Assembly: GCA_036339465.1 (NCBI GenBank)
Contig: JAYZAY010000089.1
Location: 10,483-74,482, forward strand
Direction of reading: 5' to 3'
DNA: 64,000 nucleotides
Source: Myxococcota bacterium
GTDB taxonomy: Bacteria > Myxococcota > XYA12-FULL-58-9 > JABJBS01
This document shows positions 30,793-40,450 of the stretch, in pieces (within the stretch, counting starts at the first letter, position 1; each line of letters starts with the position of its first letter). The translations under genes and the position numbers were made by a program. A model generated the notes under the pieces. It was not told the DNA's origin, did no database searches, and saw only the letters and a program-made list of their open reading frames with translations.

Positions 30793-31638
30793 CTAGCACA
30801 GTCTCAGGCCAGGTCCAGAGGTTGGTGCCCGCAAAACGCTGTGGATAAACGAGGCTACGGTGGCTTTGCTTGTAACTGCCCCCGGAGGAGCAGGGCTTTT
30901 TCGGTGAATGGAGAGTTCAAATGGCTCGGTACCGTCGTTTTGAGGGGGGCCCGGGAGTGTAATATCAATTAAATGGTGCTTGAGAGAGGCGTCGGCGACT
31001 AAACTTGCATGGATATTCGAGAGTGGTTTTCCGCATGCGAGTCCAAGAGCTGCCATGGTATTTACGTTGTTGGGGGCAAGTTCACATAGCTTGTCGAGGG
31101 GACCATCGTAGAGGCTGTGGGGACCGTCGCTTGGTTTGAGTTCGGGGGTGTTTCCTTTAAACCTCAGGGATGAGGGGTGTTTGACCATGGCTATTGAGGC
31201 TTTGTGAACCAGCCCCTGTTCTGCGAGGCGGCTAATTTCTTCATTGGCGGGAAGGGCACCCCGGGGTATGAGTAGTGGTTTTCCATTTTCTCGATTTGTT
31301 AGGTTGGTGAGAGCTTCATAGGTTTGTGGACGGGCGAATGCTGTGGGAGAACCCACGAAATAGGCGGCTTTTTGTAGAAAGCTTTCGCCATATTGATGGG
31401 TGATATTCGGATGGCAAACCTCCACAATTAGGTCGGGTACGTATTGGTCGAAGTTCTCGAGATCCTCTAGTATTAGAGATTCGGGGACATACGCTTTGAG
31501 TTTGTCCGGATTTCGATTCCAAACAAATCCGAGTTCATAAGACTGATTGCTGCTAGGGTCTTGGAAGTGATCGTACAAGGCTTGTCCTAATTTGCCAAAA
31601 CCGATAATTCCGACTCTTTTTTTTCGGGGATGATTCAT
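30793..31638 (-). CDS. Aspartate dehydrogenase domain protein (ASPDH/NadX family), eukaryote-like type
   Basis: RVGIIGFGKLG, FVWNR, DLIVEVCHP, GSPTA, KHP, YDGP...LC..APNNVNTMAA, PA.PGAVT..AT, C-terminal GPGLRLC. Confidence 0.85.
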   Translation of the reverse strand: MNHPRKKRVGIIGFGKLGQALYDHFQDPSSNQSYELGFVWNRNPDKLKAYVPESLILEDLENFDQYVPDLIVEVCHPNITHQYGESFLQKAAYFVGSPTAFARPQTYEALTNLTNRENGKPLLIPRGALPANEEISRLAEQGLVHKASIAMVKHPSSLRFKGNTPELKPSDGPHSLYDGPLDKLCELAPNNVNTMAALGLACGKPLSNIHASLVADASLKHHLIDITLPGPPQNDGTEPFELSIHRKSPAPPGAVTSKATVASFIHSVLRAPTSGPGLRLC

Positions 31639-31640
31639 GA

Positions 31641-32516
31641 TTAAAGTTCTTTGAGAGAAATGGTTGAAGAGCCGTGATTCTTCGCAAATCCTCCTACCTT
31701 CACGGAGCGAGTCTCTTTCTTTTCGCAGCGGAGTTCAACGTGGAGTTCGCCGGGGGCTGGGAGGTTGGGGCCTTGTTTAAAGCACAGGTTTTTAATCGGG
31801 TTGCTTTCCAGGCGCCCTTGTTGATGTAAAAAGCAAGCGAGTGCGGCTGCTGAAGTACCAGTGGCGCTGTCTTCAATAATACCTACTACGGGGGCAAAAT
31901 TGCGTGTGACTCCCCGGTGGGACTGATTGCAGTACACAAACAAGTAGATCCCCAAGGCGGTATATTTGCGGGCGAGCTTGTCTATTTCTGAAATATTGGG
32001 TGTTAACGTTTCAAGGGCCTTGGCGGATTCCACTTCCAGGAATATTTTCCAGAGCCCAGTGGAGACGAGTTTTCCATGGTGTACTAGATCGTTTTCCCCA
32101 ATATTTTTGAAACATTGTGCAAATTCAACTTTGGGTACCACTTCTCCAAACTCTGGTTTATTTTGGGACATGAATATCCGTCCATCGTTCATTACTTCAA
32201 CTTTTTGTGGTCCCGCGTTCGTTTTTAAATCAAAGGTACCCGGGGACAATATGCTTTCTTGCTGAAGTAAGTGATAGCTGGCGATGGTGGCGTGACCACA
32301 AAGTGGCACTTCCCGAGTCGGGGTAAAGTAACGAATGGCTTGTTTTTGCGGGGCCTCTTGTCGGACGAAAGCGGTTTCCGAGTAGTTGAGGGTTTTAGCG
32401 ATGGACTGCATTTGGTTATCGTTTGGAAAATCGTCTACCAAAACCACTCCTGCTGGATTCCCCCCTCCCCATGCTCCGGTGAAAGCGTCTATTCGCCATG
32501 TTTTCAAGTCTTCCAT
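31641..32516 (-). CDS. PhzF-family isomerase/epimerase
   Basis: DAF...GGNPAGVV, MQ.IA...YSETAF, RYFTP..EVPLCGHATIA, EDSATG. Confidence 0.92.
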   Translation of the reverse strand: MEDLKTWRIDAFTGAWGGGNPAGVVLVDDFPNDNQMQSIAKTLNYSETAFVRQEAPQKQAIRYFTPTREVPLCGHATIASYHLLQQESILSPGTFDLKTNAGPQKVEVMNDGRIFMSQNKPEFGEVVPKVEFAQCFKNIGENDLVHHGKLVSTGLWKIFLEVESAKALETLTPNISEIDKLARKYTALGIYLFVYCNQSHRGVTRNFAPVVGIIEDSATGTSAAALACFLHQQGRLESNPIKNLCFKQGPNLPAPGELHVELRCEKKETRSVKVGGFAKNHGSSTISLKEL

Positions 32517-32659
32517 CTCACCTCCTCGGGCAAGCTACCCATAGAGCTTGGAGGAGGCAAGAGTTCGAACCAGATTGAATTATAAAAAATCAAAGGTTAG
32601 GTTAGGCCGAATTTGGAATATTGGCTCACTCCAACTAGCTTAACACCGAGGAGACTCAC

Positions 32660-33277
32660 TTGTTTACTGGGATTGTAACACATGCGGCGCCTGTGAAGGC
32701 GATGGATATGCAGGACGGCATTCTACGGTTGGTCGTTGAGGTGCCTAATGATTTTAATAAAGGCGTGGTGATTGGGGCCAGCATTGCTGTTAATGGAGTC
32801 TGTCTGACGGTTGTGGCGTTCAATGAAAACTCCGTAAGTTTTGACGTCATTGATGAGAGCTTAAAGCGGACGAATCTAGGCGGCTTGACAGTGGGCTCTC
32901 TGGTGAATCTTGAGCGAGCGGCCAAGTTTGGAGATGAAATCGGTGGTCATTTGCTTTCAGGGCATATTCATGTGACCGCGGTATTACTGAGTCGTCAGGA
33001 GACGGGTGGCAATGTCGCTCTCGAATTTCAGGTCTCGGAGCAATGGTCTCCCTACATCATTTCCAAAGGTTATATTGCCTTGAATGGCTGCAGTCTTACG
33101 ATTGGGGAAGTGGATTCGGGGCGGTTTTGGTTACACCTTATACCCGAGACCCTTAGGGTGACGAATTTTGGTGATCTCGCAGAGGGAATGTTGGTCAATG
33201 TTGAAATTGATCATCAAACTCAAGTCATCGTGGAAACTGTCCACAGTTATCTTGAGGCACAAAAAGAAGAGGGTTGA
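32660..33277 (+). CDS. ribE: Riboflavin synthase
   Basis: MFTGIV, SIAVNGVCLTV, VNLERA, GGH..SGH, KG.IALNGCSLT, LIPETL..TN, VNVEID. Confidence 0.95.
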   Translation: MFTGIVTHAAPVKAMDMQDGILRLVVEVPNDFNKGVVIGASIAVNGVCLTVVAFNENSVSFDVIDESLKRTNLGGLTVGSLVNLERAAKFGDEIGGHLLSGHIHVTAVLLSRQETGGNVALEFQVSEQWSPYIISKGYIALNGCSLTIGEVDSGRFWLHLIPETLRVTNFGDLAEGMLVNVEIDHQTQVIVETVHSYLEAQKEEG

Positions 33278-33423
33278 TGCGCATCGTTCGTCCGGCGGTT
33301 CTATTTTTTGGCCGCGGAAGTGAATTCGAGATGTGGTTTCGAAGAGTTGTAGCCAAGTTTAATGAAGAGAGGATGGTTGTTGAGGGCATGAATAGGGAGA
33401 GTTCTGTTGGTCGGAATACTATT

Positions 33424-34422
33424 TTATGGGGCCCAGTTCACGCCGATGGCATTTCGCACCGCCGACACTAAGGCCTGGGCTTCGGGTTTTGCTTTATGTG
33501 CCCCCTCTTGGAGAATTTGCTCAATTTCTTTGGGGTTGGCCATGAGGTGTTCATATTTTGCGCGGGGTTGTTCAAGGAGCTTTTCAAGGGTTTCATAAAG
33601 AAGGTCTTTCATTCCACCCCAGCTAAGCTTGCCTTCCATCAGCTCAAGTCGAATGGATGCGGCGTCTTCAGGGATGGCTAATTCCTTGTAAAGCTTGAAC
33701 ACACTTGAATTATCTGCGTCTTTTGGTGCATCTGCGGCGCTGGAGTCTGTTTTGAATTTGCGAACGAGTTTTTGGAGTTTCTTACCAGACATAGTGAGCA
33801 GTGGAATGGTGTTGTCGTAGGACTTACTCATTTTTCGACCATCTAGGCCGGGCACACTGGTTTCTTGGCTGATCACTGGTTTTGGAAGTGTGAGCACGTT
33901 GCCATAGGTTTTATTGAAGGTTTCTACGATATCACGGGTAATCTCTAGGTGTTGAAGTTGGTCGTGGCCAATGGGAACCACATCGGCTGAGAATATGAGG
34001 ATGTCGGCGGCCATGAGAATCGGGTAATTGAAGAGTCCCATGTTGATACCGTCGTCAGGGTTTCTGTCTTGTTCCATGTTTCGGTCGACAGAGGCCTTAT
34101 ACGCGTGGGCCCGGTTCATGAGGCCCTTGGCAGTTGAGTTTGCAAGTACGGAAAATAATTGAAAGGTCTCGGGAACGTCGGATTGTCGATAGAAGGTGAC
34201 TTTATTGGGATTTAGTCCCATGGAGAGCCAGGCTGCAGCGACTTCGTAAGTCATTTGCTTGAGGGCTTTTGGATCCGTGATGGCATTGAGTGCATGATAG
34301 TCGGCGATGAAATAGAAAGCTTCGTAGGTCTCGGAAAGCTGCAGAGCTGGCCGCATTGCCCCGATGAAATTTCCTAAATGGGGAATTCCAGTAGGCTTAA
34401 TCCCTGTTATTGACCGTCTCAT
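33424..34422 (-). CDS. trpS: Tryptophanyl-tRNA synthetase
   Basis: TGIKPTG.PHLGN, ADYHA, YPILMAADIL, VPIG.DQ.QH, KMSKS; start taken at ATG 34422. Confidence 0.96.
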   Translation of the reverse strand: MRRSITGIKPTGIPHLGNFIGAMRPALQLSETYEAFYFIADYHALNAITDPKALKQMTYEVAAAWLSMGLNPNKVTFYRQSDVPETFQLFSVLANSTAKGLMNRAHAYKASVDRNMEQDRNPDDGINMGLFNYPILMAADILIFSADVVPIGHDQLQHLEITRDIVETFNKTYGNVLTLPKPVISQETSVPGLDGRKMSKSYDNTIPLLTMSGKKLQKLVRKFKTDSSAADAPKDADNSSVFKLYKELAIPEDAASIRLELMEGKLSWGGMKDLLYETLEKLLEQPRAKYEHLMANPKEIEQILQEGAHKAKPEAQALVSAVRNAIGVNWAP

Positions 34423-34518
34423 TGCTCGTTCCTTTGTTGATTCCGGATTGCAGGAAATGCCTAGAAAGCGGTAAGGAGTCAACTCTTACCGGGGTATTGT
34501 GTGTGGGGGGGACAAGGC

Positions 34519-35685
34519 TTAGGTTTTGTGAAGGTCACTGAGTTTGACCGTAGCGGTATCTACCTGAGAGGGTTCAAGGGCAAAGGTTTGGCGGTCGCTC
34601 ATGAATTGTGCCAGTTGTTGGGCCAAGAAGTCGAGTTGCACTCTGGCTTCTTCTTGAAATCCGTGGGGGGACAGAGCATTCAAAAGTTGGATGCAACCTA
34701 CGTTGCCCGAGTCCGATAGGATGGGCACGCAAAGCATGGATTGAACTTGATAGTTAAGTTTTTCAGCTATGTCTTGTCGAAATCTCGGATCTGTTTGGGC
34801 ATCACGGATGTGGAGGCTTAGGCCGGTATCGGTCGCGAATCCCGCCAAGCCTTGTCCCCAGCCTAAGGTTTTTCCGGCTAGGGTTTCGCTGGCAGGGCCG
34901 CGTACTGCGGCGAAGCAGAGGTTTTTTCGACTTGGCTCCACGAGATAAATTGTTCCTGCATTTGCCGGGATACTTTCCAAGGCCAAATCGAGGGTTCGAT
35001 TTGCGGCCTCGCGAAGGTCATTGGCCATGTGGAGATTCGCGGTTTTAAAAAAGAGTTGGGTTGTGGTTAAGTTGAGGTTTTCGGCAGCATCTTCTGGATG
35101 CCGGGGTATGAGGTGGCTGGGAAGCGTGAACTCTTCTGTGGTCTCATAGATAGAGTTAAAAATATTTTGGGCACCCTTGGTTTTTTCTTTGGTAACCAGG
35201 GGGGCTTTGGACTCTTCTGTGAGGCGCTTCCAATGGCCAGGCGCCGTCGCTTCGGTTGCTATTTCGGGGGCTGATGGGCTCGCTTTTAGTTGTTGCAGAT
35301 TGATCTCAGTCGTTTTTGCTTGTGCGTCGATTTTGGGTAGATGTCCAATGGAGTCGTGAGTTTGTCGGCTATGGGTTCGGGTTTCTTCCTCGAACGAAGT
35401 TTGGGGTGCTTTAGGTGTTTCGGGCTTAATTTCTGGAAGGAAAGGGTTCATACTGTCGGCGTCGGTGCTTAGGCACTGTATGTAGAACGTCCGACCTCCT
35501 TGGGGGTCTTGAATTTCGAGGCCAATATCTGAATTGACGCACTCCAAATGCTGGATGTCGACCAGCGCTCCGAGTTTCTTGATGGCGACTTTCAGGGCAT
35601 CAAGCCACGTTTCACCTTCAATATGTTTGATAAAGTCGATGCCGGTTGGGTTTACAGCCGGAACCAGTACTCGAAATAAAGCCAT
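34519..35685 (-). CDS. GAF-domain protein
   Basis: C-terminal GAF (GQGLAG...DAQTDPRF...SMLCVPI...GCIQLLN); small N-terminal domain and low-complexity linker. Confidence 0.8.
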   Translation of the reverse strand: MALFRVLVPAVNPTGIDFIKHIEGETWLDALKVAIKKLGALVDIQHLECVNSDIGLEIQDPQGGRTFYIQCLSTDADSMNPFLPEIKPETPKAPQTSFEEETRTHSRQTHDSIGHLPKIDAQAKTTEINLQQLKASPSAPEIATEATAPGHWKRLTEESKAPLVTKEKTKGAQNIFNSIYETTEEFTLPSHLIPRHPEDAAENLNLTTTQLFFKTANLHMANDLREAANRTLDLALESIPANAGTIYLVEPSRKNLCFAAVRGPASETLAGKTLGWGQGLAGFATDTGLSLHIRDAQTDPRFRQDIAEKLNYQVQSMLCVPILSDSGNVGCIQLLNALSPHGFQEEARVQLDFLAQQLAQFMSDRQTFALEPSQVDTATVKLSDLHKT

Positions 35686-36157
35686 GGTTGTCCTTGGTTT
35701 TCCTTAATTGTTAAAAATGCATAGTGCAGGTTGCCGACATTGAAAAGGGGAAAAACTGGAGGTTCGGAGTAGGGTTGTCCAAATTCTTCGTGGGGGCTCT
35801 GGTGACCTCCATCACTACCCCATTCAAGATTGGACCACAAAGTTGAGTCGTCCCATAAGAGTGAGGACGGTCATCATACTCAAGTTAAGGGCAGTTCTCG
35901 CACACCACCGAATCACGCCAATAAGGGGTACATCTTCCTCGAAATTGTCGTGGGGCTCTTATGGTCTGTTGAAGCGCGATATCGTCACCACTCCCAATGC
36001 CTTGTTTTTTCTTGAGTCGAAGCTCAACGACCAGGAGTGAGAGGGAGGAAAATGAGTGTCCATAAGGACCCGTAGGAAAAAGAAATGGATAGCTCGGGGG
36101 CGTGGCTCAAAACTGTCTTCAAAGTGACGATGTCTTGGGGCTGGACTCTGGTTGGGA

Positions 36158-36940
36158 TTATCTTTTGGCTGTGACTTGGCTCGCGACTTTTACAACGAGG
36201 CTTCTGGGGGAGAAGCGGTTTAGAAACACGCCCAATTGATTGATTGAACCATGAATTGCGAGAGGTTTTCCCTTGAGCATGGCTTTCCACCCATGGGTGG
36301 CCACAGCGGTTTTTTCGGCCACCGTGAGCTTGAAGAGGGTTGCTTCTTGAATGTCTGCAGTTTTGGCAAATTCTGTGGCCGTAGCCCCCGGACAATGGGC
36401 CGTGACTGAGATACCTGTATCGCGTAATTCGTGAGTGATTGCCTGGCTAAACGAAACGACAAAGGCTTTTGTTGCAAAATAGACCGCCATATTCGGGCCG
36501 GGTTGGAATCCTGCGGCGGAGGCGATGTTTAGGATTCGCCCGTGTCCCTGTTTTTTCATGTGATGGATGAAAAGGTGGGTGAGGGCGACGAGTGCGGAAA
36601 TATTGAGGTTGACCATACCCAGTTCTTTTTCGAGAGGACTCTTGTCGAAGGGGCCGCTGGTACCAAAACCTGCGTTGTTGATGAGAATTTCAACGTTAGA
36701 ACCTTTTTCTTCAATGCGTCTGAGAATTTCTTGGGGGGCAGTGGGGCTCGTGAGATCGAGAGGGATCACTGTGACTTCGACTTTGTATTGGGTCTCGAGT
36801 TCTCGAGCTAGGTCCTCTAGTTTTTCTTGACTTCGAGCAACGAGAATCGGATTGAAACCGGATTTTGCAGCTAATTTTGCGAATTCAGAACCGAGCCCCA
36901 TGGAGGCACCGGTGATGAGGGCGGATTTCGTTGATGTCAT
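36158..36940 (-). CDS. Short-chain dehydrogenase/reductase
   Basis: TGASMGLG, LINNAG, NIAS, YFATK, CPG.T.TEF. Confidence 0.93.
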   Translation of the reverse strand: MTSTKSALITGASMGLGSEFAKLAAKSGFNPILVARSQEKLEDLARELETQYKVEVTVIPLDLTSPTAPQEILRRIEEKGSNVEILINNAGFGTSGPFDKSPLEKELGMVNLNISALVALTHLFIHHMKKQGHGRILNIASAAGFQPGPNMAVYFATKAFVVSFSQAITHELRDTGISVTAHCPGATATEFAKTADIQEATLFKLTVAEKTAVATHGWKAMLKGKPLAIHGSINQLGVFLNRFSPRSLVVKVASQVTAKR

Positions 36941-37035
36941 GATGGGTGATATTCCTCACTGTGCGCAGATTAAGGTATGTGTGTGAATATGGAGCTTGGT
37001 GGGATGAGGTCAATGGTCCAATTGAAATGGGCCGG

Positions 37036-37815
37036 TCAGGGTGACTTTTGGGCCCAGAAAAGTTTTATGGCTTCACTGGCTGCAACGAATCCGAAGGTCC
37101 CGGTGACGAAAGTGGCGGCCCCGAAGCCAGCGGCGCAATCGAGTCGGAGTGAAGTGTCAGTTTTGGGTTGTTCACATACTTCGCCATCACTGCCAGGGAA
37201 GACCGGTGCTTCTGAGCTAAAGACGCAGGGGATCCCCCAACTTTTGTCGCCTCTTGGGAAATCGAATTCACGTCGTAGGTTTTTGCGAACACGTTTCAAA
37301 AGAGAATCATGGTTGGCTTGGGTTAGGTCGGTGGATTGAATACGCGTTGGATCTTGCTTGCCGCCAGCCCCACCAACGGTGACAACAGGCATTTCATTTC
37401 GCCGACACCAGTCTAGAATATGGCACTTATTTTCCGGTTGGTCGATGGCATCAACCACGACGTCATAGCTCGGGGTAAGGAGGCCATTTCTTGTTTTGGC
37501 AGTGAGGAAATCAAGTTTTTGAGTTACTTTGAGGTCCGGGTTGATGAGTTTAATCCGTTCCGCCATGACTTCAATTTTTGCCCGACCGATGTTCGGTTGG
37601 GTCGCAGGTACTTGGCGATTGGTATTGCTTGCACAGACTTCATCCAGATCGATCAGGGTTAGGTGTCCCACACCTGTGCGTGCCAATGCCTCTACGGTCC
37701 AGCTTCCCACGCCCCCGATGCCGATCACGCAGATGTGAGCCATGCGGAGTCGCTCCAGGTTGTTTTCACCGAAGAGTCTCCCAATTCCCCCAAACCTGTA
37801 TGAAAAATCAGACAC
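37036..37815 (-). CDS. tcdA: tRNA threonylcarbamoyladenosine dehydratase (TcdA/CsdL)
   Basis: GIGGVGSW.VEALARTG, D.V..SNTNRQ, DAID, GGAGG..DPT, CVFS.E, C..GFG....VTGTFG. Confidence 0.9.
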   Translation of the reverse strand: MSDFSYRFGGIGRLFGENNLERLRMAHICVIGIGGVGSWTVEALARTGVGHLTLIDLDEVCASNTNRQVPATQPNIGRAKIEVMAERIKLINPDLKVTQKLDFLTAKTRNGLLTPSYDVVVDAIDQPENKCHILDWCRRNEMPVVTVGGAGGKQDPTRIQSTDLTQANHDSLLKRVRKNLRREFDFPRGDKSWGIPCVFSSEAPVFPGSDGEVCEQPKTDTSLRLDCAAGFGAATFVTGTFGFVAASEAIKLFWAQKSP

Positions 37816-37969
37816 TTGGACCTACCTCCGCCGACTGTCATGGGCGAGACCTCTAAATTTGTCAATGATCTTCCTCTTTTATTGAGATTGAGTAGCGGTC
37901 AAATGATAATGGGTATGGAAAAATGATTTTTGAGGGTTGGGGTACATCTAGGAGACGGGGGAGAATACG

Positions 37970-38212
37970 ATGGATGAAGTTGTGGTAGCGGATACCAAGC
38001 CAGTGGTGGTAAAACTAAGCCCAGGAGAATATTGGTGGTGTGCCTGTGGTCGTTCAAAGAACCAGCCCTATTGTGACGGTTCCCACCAAGGAACGCGTTT
38101 TTCTCCGGTTTGTCTGAAAATAGAGAAAGAGAAAAATTATGCGCTTTGTACCTGTAAGCATTCGGAGAATGGTGCTTTTTGTGACGGTAGCCATAAAAAG
38201 GTCAAGGCCTAG
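37970..38212 (+). CDS. CDGSH iron-sulfur protein with two CDGSH motifs (CISD3/MiNT-like)
   Basis: WCACGRSKNQPYCDGSH and LCTCKHS....FCDGSH. Confidence 0.93.
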   Translation: MDEVVVADTKPVVVKLSPGEYWWCACGRSKNQPYCDGSHQGTRFSPVCLKIEKEKNYALCTCKHSENGAFCDGSHKKVKA

Positions 38213-38367
38213 GTCGGTCACTTCTGTTTGTTTTTTCCAAAAGGCTTACGATACTGGATGTCTATGCCTACGGCATATCAAGTTTCCCAAGAAGTTATTG
38301 AAGGATTGCAATGGCTAGGCTTTATTCAATAGACTACTTTTAGGGGCTAACCATAGGTGGTCTGGTT

Positions 38368-40224
38368 TTGGCGAAGTTACGTGTATGGCTAGTTGATGAT
38401 GACGAGCAATGTATTAAGCGTATCCAAACGTATGTAGAAGAGTATGGCGCTGAGCTTGTGCTATTTCGACATCCTGCTGAACTTTTTGACATTTTAGATG
38501 AAGAGCACAAGCCACCGGATTTGATCCTTTTGGACTCTGACCCTATTCTCTATTCTAGCAAGGATATTTGTACTTCGATTCGTTGCTCTAGCAATGCTGA
38601 GAGTGCCGTTATTTTTTGCCTATGTGACAGCTACGATGCGAACGCCCGAGAAGTGCAGCGATTGGTCGGGGTTGATGGGTGGATGTCGCGCCCCGTAAAG
38701 CCGGAGAGCATCCGAGAACTTTTTGAAGTCATTCAGTCTGGTGTTTATGTCGGATTCTCGGAACGACAAGATATCCCATTTGAGACTAAATTAGGACAAT
38801 TAAGTGTAGGGTATGACGGCGAGAATATCCTATGCGAAGGCACCCTCGATGAGAATGCGTCCTTCGACTCGATTCTAAGTCTTTTACCCACTGAATCAGG
38901 TAACATGGTTGGAGTCGACTGGTCTGGTTTACGAAACCTTAATATTCAAGGCTTAATTGCCTGGCGGGATTTTAGTCAGTCTGAGGCAGGAAGTGCGTAT
39001 CAATATCTGTTTTTTCGATGCCCTGTTGTCATGATTGAGTATTGTGAGATGATGCCGGAGTTCTGTGGAGATAATGTAACTGTGGTGTCTGTTGATGTTC
39101 CTTTTCGTTCGCATATTGAAACCGAATTGATGGATGCATTGATTGATTCAGCGAACCGAGTAGCAATGGGAGGTTTCTTGGACCGAACGATTCGAAGGCA
39201 GACCAAAGAGTTATCCTATGAGGATTTTCTGGGGTTTACTTCGGGTTTGCAAAATTCAGGGCGGGAGGCTGGTATCCTGTTCGAGTATCTTCCGTTTTTA
39301 CACCTTAATGTTCGTCATGTATTGTCCGAATTTTTTCTGACGCGACACACCATTCTCAACCAAGCTTCTCAGATGGCCGCACGATTTTCGAGTTTCGATA
39401 GAGCGGCGAGATCCTTGGGGACCGAGTGTAAGTTGAAACCTGCTAGCCGTAGCGCAATGATTCAATGTGTTTTTGAATCGTATGAGCCAATTCTATACAC
39501 TTTGACTGCAGCCGAGAGAATACTGAATTGTTTAGTGTTCAAGGTTAGCCCGGGTAAGTGTCAGAATAGAAGGCGAATATTCTCTGACCTAGCTTACGAC
39601 TTCGCTTCCCCTAGTTTTGCTCCAGCGAGATTTTATCTGAAGGTGAACAAAGTTGCTAAATTCGAGGTAACGTATGACCGAAGCAGGGATTTGGGTGACC
39701 TGAAGAAGCTCGTTTGTGGCGTTTACAGTACCATTCATGAACTCATGGCAGGGTTGATGGATGCAATTCACGATATTGGGATTGAACTCCTTAAGTTACT
39801 TGAAAGTTACGCCGAGGTGGAACCATTCGTGTTTGAGGCAGCGGCTGCACTCGAACAAAAAGCAATCAATATTGATGCTCAAGAGCTGTATCGATTCCTG
39901 CACTGCTCATTGCAGACTTGGGAAGGGACAACCTCTGATATTGGTGCTGCTGTTGAACGTGCTTCTTGCTTATGCCTTGATTACGAGTTTGAGATGAGTC
40001 GAATTATGCACTCTTTGAACTCACACGATGAGATGAACCAAGTGTTGGAACACCGTATGGTGGAACTCAAGCGACTTTTCGAGGGGGCTGAGCGTCAGGA
40101 GATTATGGACCGTATTCGTGACCGAGCGGTAACGATTATCGAGAAGAAGATTGTCTCATTTAGTTTCGAAGAGTTTAAGGACGCATTTGAAAATCCGACC
40201 GAGACCGAGATGGAGTTCTTTTAA
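38368..40224 (+). CDS. Multidomain signalling protein: receiver + STAS-like + helical C-terminal domain
   Basis: VWLVDDD...PDLILLD receiver; GTLDENASF...VDWSGLRNLN..G...W STAS-like segment; C-terminal HDEMNQVLEH...EMEFF. Confidence 0.65.
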   Translation: MAKLRVWLVDDDEQCIKRIQTYVEEYGAELVLFRHPAELFDILDEEHKPPDLILLDSDPILYSSKDICTSIRCSSNAESAVIFCLCDSYDANAREVQRLVGVDGWMSRPVKPESIRELFEVIQSGVYVGFSERQDIPFETKLGQLSVGYDGENILCEGTLDENASFDSILSLLPTESGNMVGVDWSGLRNLNIQGLIAWRDFSQSEAGSAYQYLFFRCPVVMIEYCEMMPEFCGDNVTVVSVDVPFRSHIETELMDALIDSANRVAMGGFLDRTIRRQTKELSYEDFLGFTSGLQNSGREAGILFEYLPFLHLNVRHVLSEFFLTRHTILNQASQMAARFSSFDRAARSLGTECKLKPASRSAMIQCVFESYEPILYTLTAAERILNCLVFKVSPGKCQNRRRIFSDLAYDFASPSFAPARFYLKVNKVAKFEVTYDRSRDLGDLKKLVCGVYSTIHELMAGLMDAIHDIGIELLKLLESYAEVEPFVFEAAAALEQKAINIDAQELYRFLHCSLQTWEGTTSDIGAAVERASCLCLDYEFEMSRIMHSLNSHDEMNQVLEHRMVELKRLFEGAERQEIMDRIRDRAVTIIEKKIVSFSFEEFKDAFENPTETEMEFF

Positions 40225-40450
40225 GGAACTATCTGTTTTATGATTCCTTTGCTGGGGTTTGATTCATCCCAAAGTCTTTTGGTTGCTCTATCCTGTCGTC
40301 GTGGGCGGTGGCGGAGCGATAATTGGTTTTGCAAAAAAAAGATCAGGATCTGCTCGGATTCTCCAAGGTTTTTATTTTTGTCATTGGCGTGGTTCTCAGG
40401 GTCTTTGGGCTCTTTGTTGTGCGAGCCACCTACCAAGGCATTATGGAGAG

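Noticed and set aside
32517..32659. FMN riboswitch upstream of riboflavin synthase
   Set aside because: I could not find the conserved RFN elements (AGGGCGGGG...AATTCCCGACCG...GATG) in this short divergent intergenic region.
35700..36150. Possible second PilZ-like remnant (minus-strand VPLIGVIRWC fragment)
   Set aside because: Only one short fragment is suggestive; no RxxxR or D/NxSxxG motif was recovered.
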